A DNA stretch of 64,000 nt from Planctomycetota bacterium (GTDB lineage: Bacteria > Planctomycetota > UBA8108 > SXIK01), in NCBI GenBank assembly GCA_965223845.1, contig CBDCXR010000004.1, positions 7,296,001 to 7,360,000 on the forward strand, read 5' to 3'. Made by a program: the position numbers and the translations under genes. Shown one piece after another: positions 19,053 through 29,168 of this stretch; position 1 is the stretch's first letter, and each line of letters opens with the position of its first letter. The notes beneath the pieces are model-generated. The model saw only the letters and a program-made list of their open reading frames with translations, had not been told where the DNA came from and made no database searches.

Positions 19053-19315
19053 GATTCTCGAAGCTCCCCAAATTCGCTCGACTGCGCTTACGGTACCCGC
19101 GCGGGAGGGGGCGCGCTACTGGTGTTTTCTACGGGGAGATTGCGTGCGTATGACGCTCTAGAGAGATGAGATTCCTCAAGAACGTTGAACGTTTGGTGTG
19201 AGACGGTTCCTCAATCCTCGCCGCTCGAGAAACAGAGTTTTCGCCGTGTCGTGCTAACTCCTTGTCAATCCATGCCCTACGGCGAGTCGACGATTCGTTC
19301 GACTAAGCTGGCGCT

Positions 19316-21046
19316 GTGCGTCTATCGATGACGGTTATATCGATTCGAACCCGAAAGTCTGGTCTGCGAGTGGCTACCCTTGGGGTATGCACGATCCCCT
19401 TGCTCGTTCCCATCGTCCACCGGCTCTCGGATCCCGGGCTTGCGGTCGGGCGAGACACCGTCGTTCACATCGGCAACATCGTTGAATCTGCCCACTGTTT
19501 GGAAGCCGGACTACCGCCGTGGAACTGGCTTCCGGACGTCGCTGGCGGGTATGGCGGACCGAACTTCGAGTATTACGGTTCGCTAGCCTTCGTTTTCCCC
19601 GGCGCGCTCGTTCGATGTGGTGTTACGCCGGTCACGGCGGCCAAGGCCCTCGTCGCCGCTTCGCTAGTAATAGGTTCCCTCTCGGCGTTTCTGTTTTGCC
19701 GAAGGTTCGGCGGCGACCTAGCTGGGTTCGCGGGTGCCGGGCTATTCTTGTACAGTCCCTATGTTCTTTGGCTGGCGTTCGTGCGCGGTGGGTATCCCGA
19801 GCTGCTCGCCTGTGCACTCTATCCCCTCGTGTTTCATTTCGTCCACGCATGGATCGAGAGCGGACGGCTGAGTCGGCTGGGGCTGTCTGCGGCCGTCTAC
19901 TCGGCGGTCCTCGGCGTTCACACGCTCTCGGCGTTGATACTCACGCCGTTCGCGTTTCTGTTCGCGATTGCTATTGGCCGCGCGTCTCGACAAACCCTTG
20001 CGAAGAGCTTCGGTTTCCTCGCCGTCGGAGTTGCAATGGCGAGTCCCTTCCTCATCGGTCCGGTGTTCGGCCGCAACTCGATCGTTCTCGATGACCAGTT
20101 TGGGAGTACCGCGTTGGTCGACGCGCTGGCGATCCCGTGGCATACACTCCTGTTCGGTGAGCCGATGGAGAGAATCGTCTCGCACGCCCGAGCGGGCCGC
20201 CTCCACGTCATTGTTTGTGTCGGCGGATCGATACTCGTGATCATGAGCGGCCGTGGCGAGTGGAGACGACAAATTCTTGTGTTCGTCGGGCTGGCATTGT
20301 TTGCGCTCCTACTGTGCGAACAGACGTTTGCGCGCGTCGCTGCGATTGTCGTCCCCGGCTTCACCTACCTGCAATTCCCGTGGCGGCTTTTGAGTCTTTT
20401 CTCGATATTTGTGGCCGGAACGCTCGCCTGTGCCCTCTCGTCGCGCGGTCCGATCCCCTCATTCTGGCGGGTGGGTGTGTCGTTGGGAATCCTTGCTGGG
20501 GCGGTCCTTCTCTACGGATCGAAGATCCCACCGCAGAAAGTCGCCACGTTCGACACTGATAGTCGCGAGAGCATCCGCAGGTCCCTCACGACGCTCGATC
20601 ACGAGGATAAGTATATGCCGCGTTGGGCGGTGAAGCCCGACCACCCGAGACCGGAACAGCTCCTCGTACTTCCTGATGGGGTGGTCGCGGAGCTACGAGC
20701 GACTGTCAACGACTACGCTTTCGAAGTCTTGTCGTCAACCGGCGGAGAGGCGCGATTCCAGCAATTCTGGTGGCCACGATGGCGTTGCGAGTTGAATGGC
20801 GACGACTGGCCGATCGCACGGACCGACGACGGGGTCGTGAGTGTGCGAATCCCGCCTGGGAAACACGAGGTTCGTCTATTCTTCGCTCGTTCCATGGGCG
20901 TGGTTGCTGCTTGTCTCGTTTCACTCGGCACGTTCGCGGTGTGTTTAATTGGCGGGTTCCTACAAGGAAGTCGTCCGGCATGTCGTGGACCGTCGCCGAA
21001 GGAGGCTTCCGGCGACGCCTCTGAATATCGAATCCCGCAGCCGTGA
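19316..21046 (+). CDS. Polytopic membrane protein, GT-C / PTPS-related / YfhO-like
   Basis: WLPDVAGGYGGPNFEYY, SPY...RGGYPE, LQFPWRLL, YMP and WWPRW...IPPGKHEVRL motifs; start uncertain. Confidence 0.75.
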   Translation: MRLSMTVISIRTRKSGLRVATLGVCTIPLLVPIVHRLSDPGLAVGRDTVVHIGNIVESAHCLEAGLPPWNWLPDVAGGYGGPNFEYYGSLAFVFPGALVRCGVTPVTAAKALVAASLVIGSLSAFLFCRRFGGDLAGFAGAGLFLYSPYVLWLAFVRGGYPELLACALYPLVFHFVHAWIESGRLSRLGLSAAVYSAVLGVHTLSALILTPFAFLFAIAIGRASRQTLAKSFGFLAVGVAMASPFLIGPVFGRNSIVLDDQFGSTALVDALAIPWHTLLFGEPMERIVSHARAGRLHVIVCVGGSILVIMSGRGEWRRQILVFVGLALFALLLCEQTFARVAAIVVPGFTYLQFPWRLLSLFSIFVAGTLACALSSRGPIPSFWRVGVSLGILAGAVLLYGSKIPPQKVATFDTDSRESIRRSLTTLDHEDKYMPRWAVKPDHPRPEQLLVLPDGVVAELRATVNDYAFEVLSSTGGEARFQQFWWPRWRCELNGDDWPIARTDDGVVSVRIPPGKHEVRLFFARSMGVVAACLVSLGTFAVCLIGGFLQGSRPACRGPSPKEASGDASEYRIPQP

Positions 21047-21330
21047 CCATTCGGAGAGCGTTTGAGTCGAGAATTCGCGGCTTGTCATACATACAAGACT
21101 CACAAGTCCCACTAGATCTGAGCGGCAGTAGAGCCTACATAGCGGGATGTGAAGACTGCGCAGATAGAAACTCGGGACGAAAGAGGGAAAAACACGAGAA
21201 CCGGTTTCCGTGATCCCGGAACGGACAGTCGACGTGACTCCCTTTTCGTCCGCCAATTTCCCAATTCTCGGCACACTCTTCTTTCCGCTCCCCTTCGCGA
21301 GTTTCGTGTAGCGTCCCCCTTCTGTTCTCC

Positions 21331-22284
21331 TCAATCGCCCGGCCGAGCTCGTGTCGTCCGCGCGAGGATTTCCCGGCCACCTCGAGCGATCAGTTCCCGA
21401 GCGACATCGATACCGAGCTCCTCCCGCTTTGCGACGATTCCCACGCCCGACGCCCGCAGACACGTCGCTCCGTCCTCACTCGCGAGCACCGAGGTCAGCG
21501 TGATCTCCGAACCGTCGACGCGCGCGTACGCACCCGCGGGGATCTGGCAGCCGCCGCGCAGTTCGCGCAGGTACGCCCGCTCGCATTCGACGGCGACGCG
21601 CGAGCCTTCGTGATCGAGCGTGCGGAGAAGTTGGAGGACTTTCTCGTCTCCGCGCCGCGCCACGATCCCGAGCGCTCCCTGCGCGACCGCCGGGACGAGC
21701 GTCTCGAGGTCGAATGCGTGCGCGATCGCGTCGTCTTTTCCTAGTCGGAGGAGCCCGGCGCACGCGAGCACCGTGCCGGCGAGGCCTTGCTCGCGAACCT
21801 TGCGGAGGCGCGTTTCGACGTTGCCGCGAAGGGGAACGATCTCGAGGTCGGATCGTCGATCGAGAAGCTGCGCCTTTCGCCGCGGGCTCGACGTTCCGAT
21901 GCGAGCGTTCTTCGGCAGAGTATCGAAACGTTCCCCCGGTGGGGAGACGAACGCATCCCAGGGAACCTCCCGCTCCGGCACCGCCGCGAGCTCGAGCTCG
22001 GCGTGGAGGCTCGACGGCACGTCCTTCAGGCTGTGCACCGCGAAGTCGATCGTCCCCTCGAGGAGAGCGTCGTCGAGCGCCGCCGTAAACACGCCGACTC
22101 CGAGCTGGTCGAGGTGCTTCTCGGGGAATTTCTCGGCCGCCGATTCGACCTCTACGATCTCCGTGTTCGTCCCGCGCGCCGCGAGCTCCTCCGCGACCCA
22201 CCCCGCCTGCCAGCGGGCGAGCTCGCTCCCGCGTGTGCCGAGCTTCAAAGGCGCCACGGTGCGTTCACGAGCTCGGTTCGTCAT
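21331..22284 (-). CDS. hemC: Hydroxymethylbilane synthase
   Basis: GTRGSELARWQ, AVHSLKDVP, GTSSPRR, RGNVETRL, PAVAQG and GGCQIP motifs. Confidence 0.97.
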   Translation of the reverse strand: MTNRARERTVAPLKLGTRGSELARWQAGWVAEELAARGTNTEIVEVESAAEKFPEKHLDQLGVGVFTAALDDALLEGTIDFAVHSLKDVPSSLHAELELAAVPEREVPWDAFVSPPGERFDTLPKNARIGTSSPRRKAQLLDRRSDLEIVPLRGNVETRLRKVREQGLAGTVLACAGLLRLGKDDAIAHAFDLETLVPAVAQGALGIVARRGDEKVLQLLRTLDHEGSRVAVECERAYLRELRGGCQIPAGAYARVDGSEITLTSVLASEDGATCLRASGVGIVAKREELGIDVARELIARGGREILARTTRARPGD

Positions 22285-23731
22285 CGCCCCTCTTTCGATC
22301 GCGATCGAATTCGAGGGAACTTTGGGCGTCGTCGCGGTAGGGCGGGGGTTCGGCGAGGAACAGGCGATTCAGGAACTGCGCCTCGCGGTCGGTGAGATTG
22401 TGGAGGCTCCGGAGGGCCTTCAACTTCTCGATCGGGAAGTGGAGCAGTTTCTTCGTGAGCGCGCTCGTCAGTTGATCGACGGACTCGTGCTGTTCCGCGG
22501 GAAAGAGACCGACGAACTGCTGCACGACGCCGAGGCGGATCTGCTCGAATCGCTGGACGAGATGCTTCAGCACCGGGTCGACCTTGCGGTAGACGACGTT
22601 GCTCCGGAAGCTCGCCAACTCGTCGTTGATCAGGCGTTCGACCTCCGGCACCTGCTGGATGCGATGGTCGACGTTCTCCTGAATGACACCGTTCAGATCG
22701 TCGATGTTGAAGACGCTGACGCCCTCGATCTCGGCGACCTCCGGCTCGAAGTCGCGCGGTATCGCGAGGTCGACGACCACGAACGGTTTTCCGCCCCGTC
22801 GCGCCTGGACGATTTCAACGCGTTCGCGGTCGACGATCGGATCGACCGCCGCGGTCGAGGAGATGACGAGGTCCGAGACCTCGAGGAGACAGTCGAGGTG
22901 CTCCCACGCCGCTGGCTCGCCGACCCCGAGAGCATCGACGAGCTCGCGGGCGCGGCCCGGCGTCCGGTTGACGACGACGCAGCGGCCGATGCCGGCCTCC
23001 GCGACGGCCCGGACGGTCAGCTCTGCGATCTCCCCCGAGCCGATGACGAGCACGGTTCGCTGAGTGAGATCACCGATCGTTGCGCGCGCGAGCTTGAGTG
23101 CGGCTTGTCCCGGTGTGATGCAGCCGTCGGAGATGACGGTCGCCGTTCGCACTCGCTTTCCGAGGCGAAGCGCCGTGCGGAATAGATCGTGAAAGAACAC
23201 GCCCGTCGTTCCCGCTTGCTGAGCGGCCGTGTACGCGTCCTTCACCTGTCCGAGGATCTGCGCCTCGCCGACGATCATCGAATCGAGGCCGGCCACGAGG
23301 CGAAAGAGGTGCTCGACCGCGCCCTGCTGACGGTGCACGTAGAAGTGTGACGGATCTTCCGGGAAGCTCGTGTCGTCGACGACGCGGCGGATTTCGCGGT
23401 AGAAGCCGAGCGCGTCCGGGGTCGCCCGCCGGAGAAACTCGTAGCTCGACCGCGCCGGCTCGGCGCAGAGCTCGGCGACGCCGAGAACGGGCGGAGCGTT
23501 CGGATCGTCGGAGGAAAACGCACCGACGGTCCCGAGCGGTGACTTCGCGATGGGAAGGTAGCTGTAGAATTCCGTCCGGTTGCACGTCGACAGAATGACG
23601 TGCTCGGAGTTCGGGACTCGCCCGGAGAGGTCGAGGAGCGCCGTCTCGGTCTGCGCGGCGGAGAGCGCCCAGCTCTCGCGCGCTTCGAGAGGCGCGGTAC
23701 GGTGATTGAGTCCGAAAACGATCAGCTCCAT
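22265..23731 (-). CDS. hemA: Glutamyl-tRNA reductase
   Basis: GLNHRTAP, STCNRTE, GLDSMIVGEAQILGQ, IGSGE, NRT and DLAIPRD motifs; start placed at ATG 23731. Confidence 0.95.
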   Translation of the reverse strand: MELIVFGLNHRTAPLEARESWALSAAQTETALLDLSGRVPNSEHVILSTCNRTEFYSYLPIAKSPLGTVGAFSSDDPNAPPVLGVAELCAEPARSSYEFLRRATPDALGFYREIRRVVDDTSFPEDPSHFYVHRQQGAVEHLFRLVAGLDSMIVGEAQILGQVKDAYTAAQQAGTTGVFFHDLFRTALRLGKRVRTATVISDGCITPGQAALKLARATIGDLTQRTVLVIGSGEIAELTVRAVAEAGIGRCVVVNRTPGRARELVDALGVGEPAAWEHLDCLLEVSDLVISSTAAVDPIVDRERVEIVQARRGGKPFVVVDLAIPRDFEPEVAEIEGVSVFNIDDLNGVIQENVDHRIQQVPEVERLINDELASFRSNVVYRKVDPVLKHLVQRFEQIRLGVVQQFVGLFPAEQHESVDQLTSALTKKLLHFPIEKLKALRSLHNLTDREAQFLNRLFLAEPPPYRDDAQSSLEFDRDRKRGDDEPSS

Positions 23732-24063
23732 ATCGTCCCGATTCGCTCGTGTTCCTGCTCGCTGGTGTGCTCGAAAACTCGCCCCCGCGGGATTCGCCGG
23801 ACCTCGTGCGGCCGTCCGTCCCGGTCGTGACGTCGGCCGCGAGTTCCGGTACGGTGGGGCGCCCGCCGAGCCGCCGGCCCCGTCTCGACTCGGGCGCGCC
23901 CGCTCGACGCGGGGGGAAGCCCCGATAGGTGCCACGAATCGCGCCGCGTCTCAAGTCCATTCACCGGTTCGACGCGAGATCGGGGTGCGATCGATGGTCG
24001 CACGGCGCCCCAGGCCCCCCGAACACCTACTACAGAATACCACCCGAATCCCGCTGAGATCCC

Positions 24064-25104
24064 ATGTCTGAGAATTCGACGCCGCGTCTGGTACGTGCCG
24101 TTCGCGGCGATGTCACCGGCCCTCCGCCCGTTTGGATCATGCGCCAAGCCGGTCGCTACCTGCCGGAGTACCAGGAATTCCGGAAACGCCACTCGTTTGT
24201 CGAGATGTGTACAACTCCCGAGCTCGCGGTCGAGATCTCGCTCCAGCCCTGGCGCCGATTCGCGTTCGACGCCGTGATCGTGTTCTACGACATTCTGTTC
24301 CTCGCCGAGGCGATGGGAGCTCCGCTCGAGTTCACCGAGTCGGGCCCGAAGTTTCTCGAGCCCGTGCGCTCGCGGGCCGAGGTCGAGGCGCTGCGCGACC
24401 CGGACGTCGAGGACGCCGGCCCGGGCCGCGGCACGGGCGCGATCCTCGCGTCGCTTTCGGCTCTCCGGCGTGAGCTGCCGCCCGAGGTCGCCGTGCTCGG
24501 ATTTGCGGGTGCACCGTTCACCGTCGCGGCGTATCTCGTCGAGGGCAGCTTCGGCCGGGCCGGCCAACGTATTCGCCGTGCCATGAACGAGGATCCGGGC
24601 GCAGTCCATCTCCTTCTCGAGCGCTTGACCGCAGCGACTTGTCGCTACCTCGAAGCTCAGATCGCGAGCGGTGCCGACGCGGTGCAGCTTTTCGACACGT
24701 GGGCCGGGCTTCTCGGAGAGCGCGACTACGACGAGTTTGTTCGACCGTATCAAGCACGTGTGTTCGAAGCGGTCCGAAGGGCGGGCGCCCCGGGGATCCT
24801 CTACGTCGGCGCGGGGACCCACGTCGTCGATCGACTCGCTGCGGTCGGAGCCGACGTTCTCAGTCTCGACTGGCGCCACGAGCTCGGCGACGTGCGCCGA
24901 GCGGTCGGTCCGGACGTGGCGCTACAGGGGAATCTCGATCCCTGCGCGCTCTACGCTCCGCCCGATCGGGTGTACGCCGAGACCCGCGCTCTCGTCGAGG
25001 CGATGGCGGGCGACCCGCGGTACGTGCTCAATCTCGGACACGGAATCATGCCGGAAACGCCGGTCGAATCGGTGGAGGCGCTCGTACGGGCCGCCCGCGA
25101 GTAG
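24064..25104 (+). CDS. hemE: Uroporphyrinogen decarboxylase
   Basis: PVWIMRQAGRYLPEY, GFAGAPFT, QLFDTW, QGNLDP and NLGHG motifs. Confidence 0.97.
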   Translation: MSENSTPRLVRAVRGDVTGPPPVWIMRQAGRYLPEYQEFRKRHSFVEMCTTPELAVEISLQPWRRFAFDAVIVFYDILFLAEAMGAPLEFTESGPKFLEPVRSRAEVEALRDPDVEDAGPGRGTGAILASLSALRRELPPEVAVLGFAGAPFTVAAYLVEGSFGRAGQRIRRAMNEDPGAVHLLLERLTAATCRYLEAQIASGADAVQLFDTWAGLLGERDYDEFVRPYQARVFEAVRRAGAPGILYVGAGTHVVDRLAAVGADVLSLDWRHELGDVRRAVGPDVALQGNLDPCALYAPPDRVYAETRALVEAMAGDPRYVLNLGHGIMPETPVESVEALVRAARE

Positions 25105-25186
25105 CGTCGAGAGTCGACCGAGATTCAGCGACCGCGGGAGCGCGAGAATCGTCGAAGACAGCCCGCGACCCGGAGAGGAACACGAA

Positions 25187-26479
25187 ATGAGCGAAACGAG
25201 CGAACAACTCTTTGCGCGAGCGAAGAGAGTCATCCCGGGCGGCGTGAATTCGCCGGTGCGAGCGTTCGGATCGGTCGGCGGATCGCCGGTCTTCATCGCC
25301 CGCGGCCACGGGGCTCGACTCGTCGACGTCGACGGAAACGAGCTCATCGACTGCGTGAGCTCGTGGGGCCCTCTGATCCTCGGCCACTCGCCCCCCGCCG
25401 TCGAGGCTGCCGCGCGCAGCGCGCTCGAGCGCGGGAGCTCGTTCGGCGCGCCTACGGCGACCGAGGTCGAGCTCGCCGAGACGATCTGCGCGCGCGTGCC
25501 GGGAATGGACGTCGTCCGGCTCACGAGCTCGGGTACGGAGGCTTGCATGTCGGCGATTCGCCTCGCGCGCGGGGTGACGGGTCGCGATCGCGTCGTCAAG
25601 TTCGCGGGGTGCTACCACGGACACGCCGACAGTTTCCTGATTCAGGCGGGATCGGGCGGTCTGACGTTTGGAACGCCGTCGAGTCCGGGCGTGCCTCGGG
25701 CCCTCGCGGAGCTCACCCTTCTCGCGCCGTACAACGACCTCGAGGCCGTTCGTGCGCTCTTCGCCGAGCACTCCGGCGAGATCGCGGCCGTGATCCTCGA
25801 GCCGATCGCGGGGAACATGGGCGTCGTACCGCCGCAAGATGGCTTTCTCGCGGGCCTGCGCAGCCTCTGCGACGACGCTGGGAGTCTGCTGGTCCTCGAC
25901 GAAGTGATCACCGGGTTTCGCGTCGCCCCGGGCGGCGCGCAGGAACTCTTCGACGTCCAGGCGGATATCACGACGCTCGGAAAGATCGTCGGCGGCGGGT
26001 TCCCGCTCGCCGCGTTCGGCGGGAGTCGCGAGCTCTTCGAGCATCTCGCCCCGGAAGGTCCCGTCTACCAGGCGGGAACGCTCTCCGGGAATCCGGTGGC
26101 GACCGCAGCGGGCCTCGCGGTACTCCGCGAGCTCGACGATCCGAGCGTCTACGCCGAGCTCGAGGCGAAGGCGGCGCGACTCGAGGCGCTCCTCCGCGAC
26201 GCGATGGCGGCGGTGGACTGCGCGACGTGCTACCAGCGCGTGGGTTCGATGGCGACGCTCTTTTTCGCGCCGGGACCAATCGAATCGCTCGCGTCGCTCG
26301 AGGGCGTCCGCACCGACCTCTACGCGAAGTTCTTCCACGCGCTTCTTCGGCGTGGCGTCGCATTCCCGCCGTCTCAGTACGAATCGTTCTTCGTCTCGCT
26401 CGCGCACTCGGAGGAAGACATCTCGGCGATCGGCGCGGCGATCGCCGAGGCCCTCGTGGAGTGCGCGCATGACGCGTAA
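25187..26479 (+). CDS. hemL: Glutamate-1-semialdehyde 2,1-aminomutase
   Basis: IPGGVNSPVRAF, SGTEA, GCYHGH, DEVITGFR, LGKIVGGG and YQAGTLSGNP motifs. Confidence 0.97.
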   Translation: MSETSEQLFARAKRVIPGGVNSPVRAFGSVGGSPVFIARGHGARLVDVDGNELIDCVSSWGPLILGHSPPAVEAAARSALERGSSFGAPTATEVELAETICARVPGMDVVRLTSSGTEACMSAIRLARGVTGRDRVVKFAGCYHGHADSFLIQAGSGGLTFGTPSSPGVPRALAELTLLAPYNDLEAVRALFAEHSGEIAAVILEPIAGNMGVVPPQDGFLAGLRSLCDDAGSLLVLDEVITGFRVAPGGAQELFDVQADITTLGKIVGGGFPLAAFGGSRELFEHLAPEGPVYQAGTLSGNPVATAAGLAVLRELDDPSVYAELEAKAARLEALLRDAMAAVDCATCYQRVGSMATLFFAPGPIESLASLEGVRTDLYAKFFHALLRRGVAFPPSQYESFFVSLAHSEEDISAIGAAIAEALVECAHDA

Positions 26480-29168
26480 CCGCTGCGTCCGCTCGACGTG
26501 GAGATTCGGTCTGCTCGGAGGCGTCGTCCTCGGCGCGGCGTCGCTCGCGAACGCGCAGAGCGTCGAGGAGTTCCTCGAACGCGGGCGAACGGGGCTCGAG
26601 CTCTCGCTTCGCCGGCTCTCGACGACCGCGTCGCTCCTCTACATCACCGCGCACCCGGACGACGAGGACAACGGTCTCCTCGCGCGCCTCTCCCGCGGCG
26701 AGGGCGTGCGGGTCGGGACGCTCACGCTCACCCGCGGCGAGGGAGGACAGAACGAGATCGGTTCCGAGCTCTTCGGCGATCTCGGCGTTCTGCGGAGCGA
26801 GGAGCTGATCTCGGCGCACCGGCTCGATGGCGCGGAGCAACTCTTCGGCCGTTCGGTCGACTTCGGCTACAGCTTCAGCGTCGAGGAGACCTTCGGCGAG
26901 TGGGGCGAGGACGAGACCGTCGGAGACATCGTGCGCGTGATCCGCTACTTTCGCCCCGATGTCGTCGTCACCCTCTTTCCCGACGGTGCCGGTGGCGGGC
27001 AGCACCACCAGGCGAGCGCTCGGCTCGCAAGTCGCGCGTTTCGGGCTGCCGGTGATCCGGAGCAGTTCGCGGACCAGGTCGACGTCGGTCTCGCTCCGTG
27101 GAAACCGCTCAAGCTCTATCGCGCGCTTTGGCGTCCTCGTGAAGAAGAGAAGGGGCGTGCGGCGGCCATCGCGCTCGGGGCCTACGACCCGGCGCTCGGC
27201 ATGTCGTACGCCGAGCTCGGCGCGCTCGCGCGCAATCGCCATCGCTCTCAGGGGATGAACGCGCCGCCTGTGCCGGGACCGGCCGAGCGGTACTACCTCC
27301 TCGCCGAGTCGCTCGTCCCCGCAGCGGCGACGGGATCGATCTTCGACGCCCTGCGCACGACGCTCGAGGATCACGCGAGCGATTCTCTAGTCCGCGAGCC
27401 CGTCGCGGCCGATCTACGGACTATCGCCGCCATCCTCGACGAAGCGCGCGCGGCGGTTTCAGCGCGCGACGATCGTGCGGTCGTCGCGGCCGTCGCCCGC
27501 GGGCTCACACTCGTCCGGGCGGCGCGCGCACGAGCGGGCGAGCGGACGGCAGATCTCCTCTCGCGCGAGGAATTTGACTGGGCGCGTGCGCTCGAGCGGG
27601 CGATCTTCCTCGACGTAAGCGCGACGGTCGACGACGAATCCGACGGTCTCGTCGCGCCGGGCGAGAGCGTCGCGGTGTCCGCCCGCTTCGTTCACCAAGC
27701 GGGTGCGGAGGTGGTCCTTCGTGCGATCGAGCTCGCCGCTCCCGCAGGGTCGACGATCGAAGAAGTCGTGCGTCCCGAACGGCTCGCGGCGAATGAGGTG
27801 AGTCGCGCGGAGTGGCGAGTCAGAATCGCACGCGACGCGCCTCACTCGCGTCCGTACTGGTACCCCTCGACCGCGCGACCGAATCGCTACGACGTTCGGG
27901 GATCGGAGCGGACGTCCTTCCGTCCGTTCGACGCCGCGCCGCTCCGGGTCGTCGCGACGCTGGCCGTCGGCGGTGTCGACGTTCGCGTCGAGCGCGATGT
28001 CCGGTACGAATGGTTCGATCCCGCGGTCGGCACCCGACGGCGCTACGGCGTGCGCGTCGTGCCTCCGGTCTCGCTCGAGCTCACTCCGGCGGTCGCCGTG
28101 GTGCGGACGAGCGCGGAGCCGCGCGAGACTCGAATTCGCGTTCGCGTGTGGGCGGACGGTCCGATCGCGGACGCGGAGCCGGAGCACGAGAGCGGCGGTG
28201 ACGGCGACGAAGCGAACCGGGGTTCGCCGCGCACCGCGAGCGGAACCGTCTCACTCGAGGTTCCTCGCGGTTGGGAGTGTGTTCCGGACTCGATACCGCT
28301 CGAGCTCTCGATCGGGTCGTCGCGGTTCGCCGAGTTCGCGCTCACCGCGCCGGAGACGGCGGCTCCGGGCGCCTACGCTTGCCGCGCGGTGTTCCGCGTC
28401 GGCGGGAGGACGTTTCGCGAAGGCTACCGACCGATCTCACACCACCACGTCGAGCGGCGGCACGTCTATCGGCCGGCCGCGGCGACGATTCGAGTCGTCG
28501 ATGTCGCCGTTCCGCGCGGACTCGAGGTCGGCTACATCACGGGCGTCGGCGACGAAGTGCCGACTGCGATCGTGCAGCTCGGCGCCGCGGTCAGGTTTCT
28601 CGGTGCGGACGAGCTGGCTCGCGGCGATCTCGCGCGCTTCGATGCCATCGTCACGGGAATCCGAGCGTACAAAGATCGCCGCGATCTCGTCGCGCACAAC
28701 GGTCGTCTCCTCGAGTACGTCGCGGCGGGCGGCGTGTTCATCGTCCAGTACAACAAATACGAGTTCCATCGCGGAAGCTATGCGCCGTACGACGCGCGAA
28801 TCGATCGACCCCACGATCGGGTGACGGACGAGACGGCGCCCGTGCGAGTACTCGAGCCCGCGCACCAGCTCGTTCTCTGGCCGAACCGCATCGGACCGGC
28901 GGATTGGGACGGCTGGGTGCAGGAGCGCGGGCTCTACTTCTGGGGCGAGTGGGACGAGCGCTACACCCCGCTGCTCGAGATCGCGGATCCATTCCCCTAC
29001 AACGCGGGAGCAAAGCGCGGTGCCCTCCTCGCGGCCGCGTACGGCGACGGTCACTACGTGTACACCGGCCTCAGCCTCTTTCGGCAGCTTCCCGCCGGCG
29101 TTCCCGGAGCCTACCGACTCCTCGCGAACTTGATTTCCCTCGGCCGAACGAAAGAGGGCGAACGATGA
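26469..29168 (+). CDS. Secreted PIG-L/LmbE family deacetylase with beta-sandwich and GATase-like C-terminal domains
   Basis: AHPDDED, TRGEGGQN, DFGYS, HRSQG and WVQERGLYF motifs; signal peptide. Confidence 0.88.
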   Translation: MTRNRCVRSTWRFGLLGGVVLGAASLANAQSVEEFLERGRTGLELSLRRLSTTASLLYITAHPDDEDNGLLARLSRGEGVRVGTLTLTRGEGGQNEIGSELFGDLGVLRSEELISAHRLDGAEQLFGRSVDFGYSFSVEETFGEWGEDETVGDIVRVIRYFRPDVVVTLFPDGAGGGQHHQASARLASRAFRAAGDPEQFADQVDVGLAPWKPLKLYRALWRPREEEKGRAAAIALGAYDPALGMSYAELGALARNRHRSQGMNAPPVPGPAERYYLLAESLVPAAATGSIFDALRTTLEDHASDSLVREPVAADLRTIAAILDEARAAVSARDDRAVVAAVARGLTLVRAARARAGERTADLLSREEFDWARALERAIFLDVSATVDDESDGLVAPGESVAVSARFVHQAGAEVVLRAIELAAPAGSTIEEVVRPERLAANEVSRAEWRVRIARDAPHSRPYWYPSTARPNRYDVRGSERTSFRPFDAAPLRVVATLAVGGVDVRVERDVRYEWFDPAVGTRRRYGVRVVPPVSLELTPAVAVVRTSAEPRETRIRVRVWADGPIADAEPEHESGGDGDEANRGSPRTASGTVSLEVPRGWECVPDSIPLELSIGSSRFAEFALTAPETAAPGAYACRAVFRVGGRTFREGYRPISHHHVERRHVYRPAAATIRVVDVAVPRGLEVGYITGVGDEVPTAIVQLGAAVRFLGADELARGDLARFDAIVTGIRAYKDRRDLVAHNGRLLEYVAAGGVFIVQYNKYEFHRGSYAPYDARIDRPHDRVTDETAPVRVLEPAHQLVLWPNRIGPADWDGWVQERGLYFWGEWDERYTPLLEIADPFPYNAGAKRGALLAAAYGDGHYVYTGLSLFRQLPAGVPGAYRLLANLISLGRTKEGER

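Larger units (their letters stand above)
15371..21311. mobile_element. Accessory island between convergent hemD and hemC
   Basis: Visibly more AT-rich with atypical codon usage; orphan-like genes; REP-like motifs in inverted orientation at both ends; no transposase or integrase inside. Confidence 0.5.

Noticed and set aside
24671-25186. Long N-terminal extensions in the ORF track (hemL, hemA, VOC, GcvT-family, M42, rpmB)
   Set aside because: Low-complexity Arg/Ser-rich translations, often overlapping neighbours; family homology begins at downstream starts
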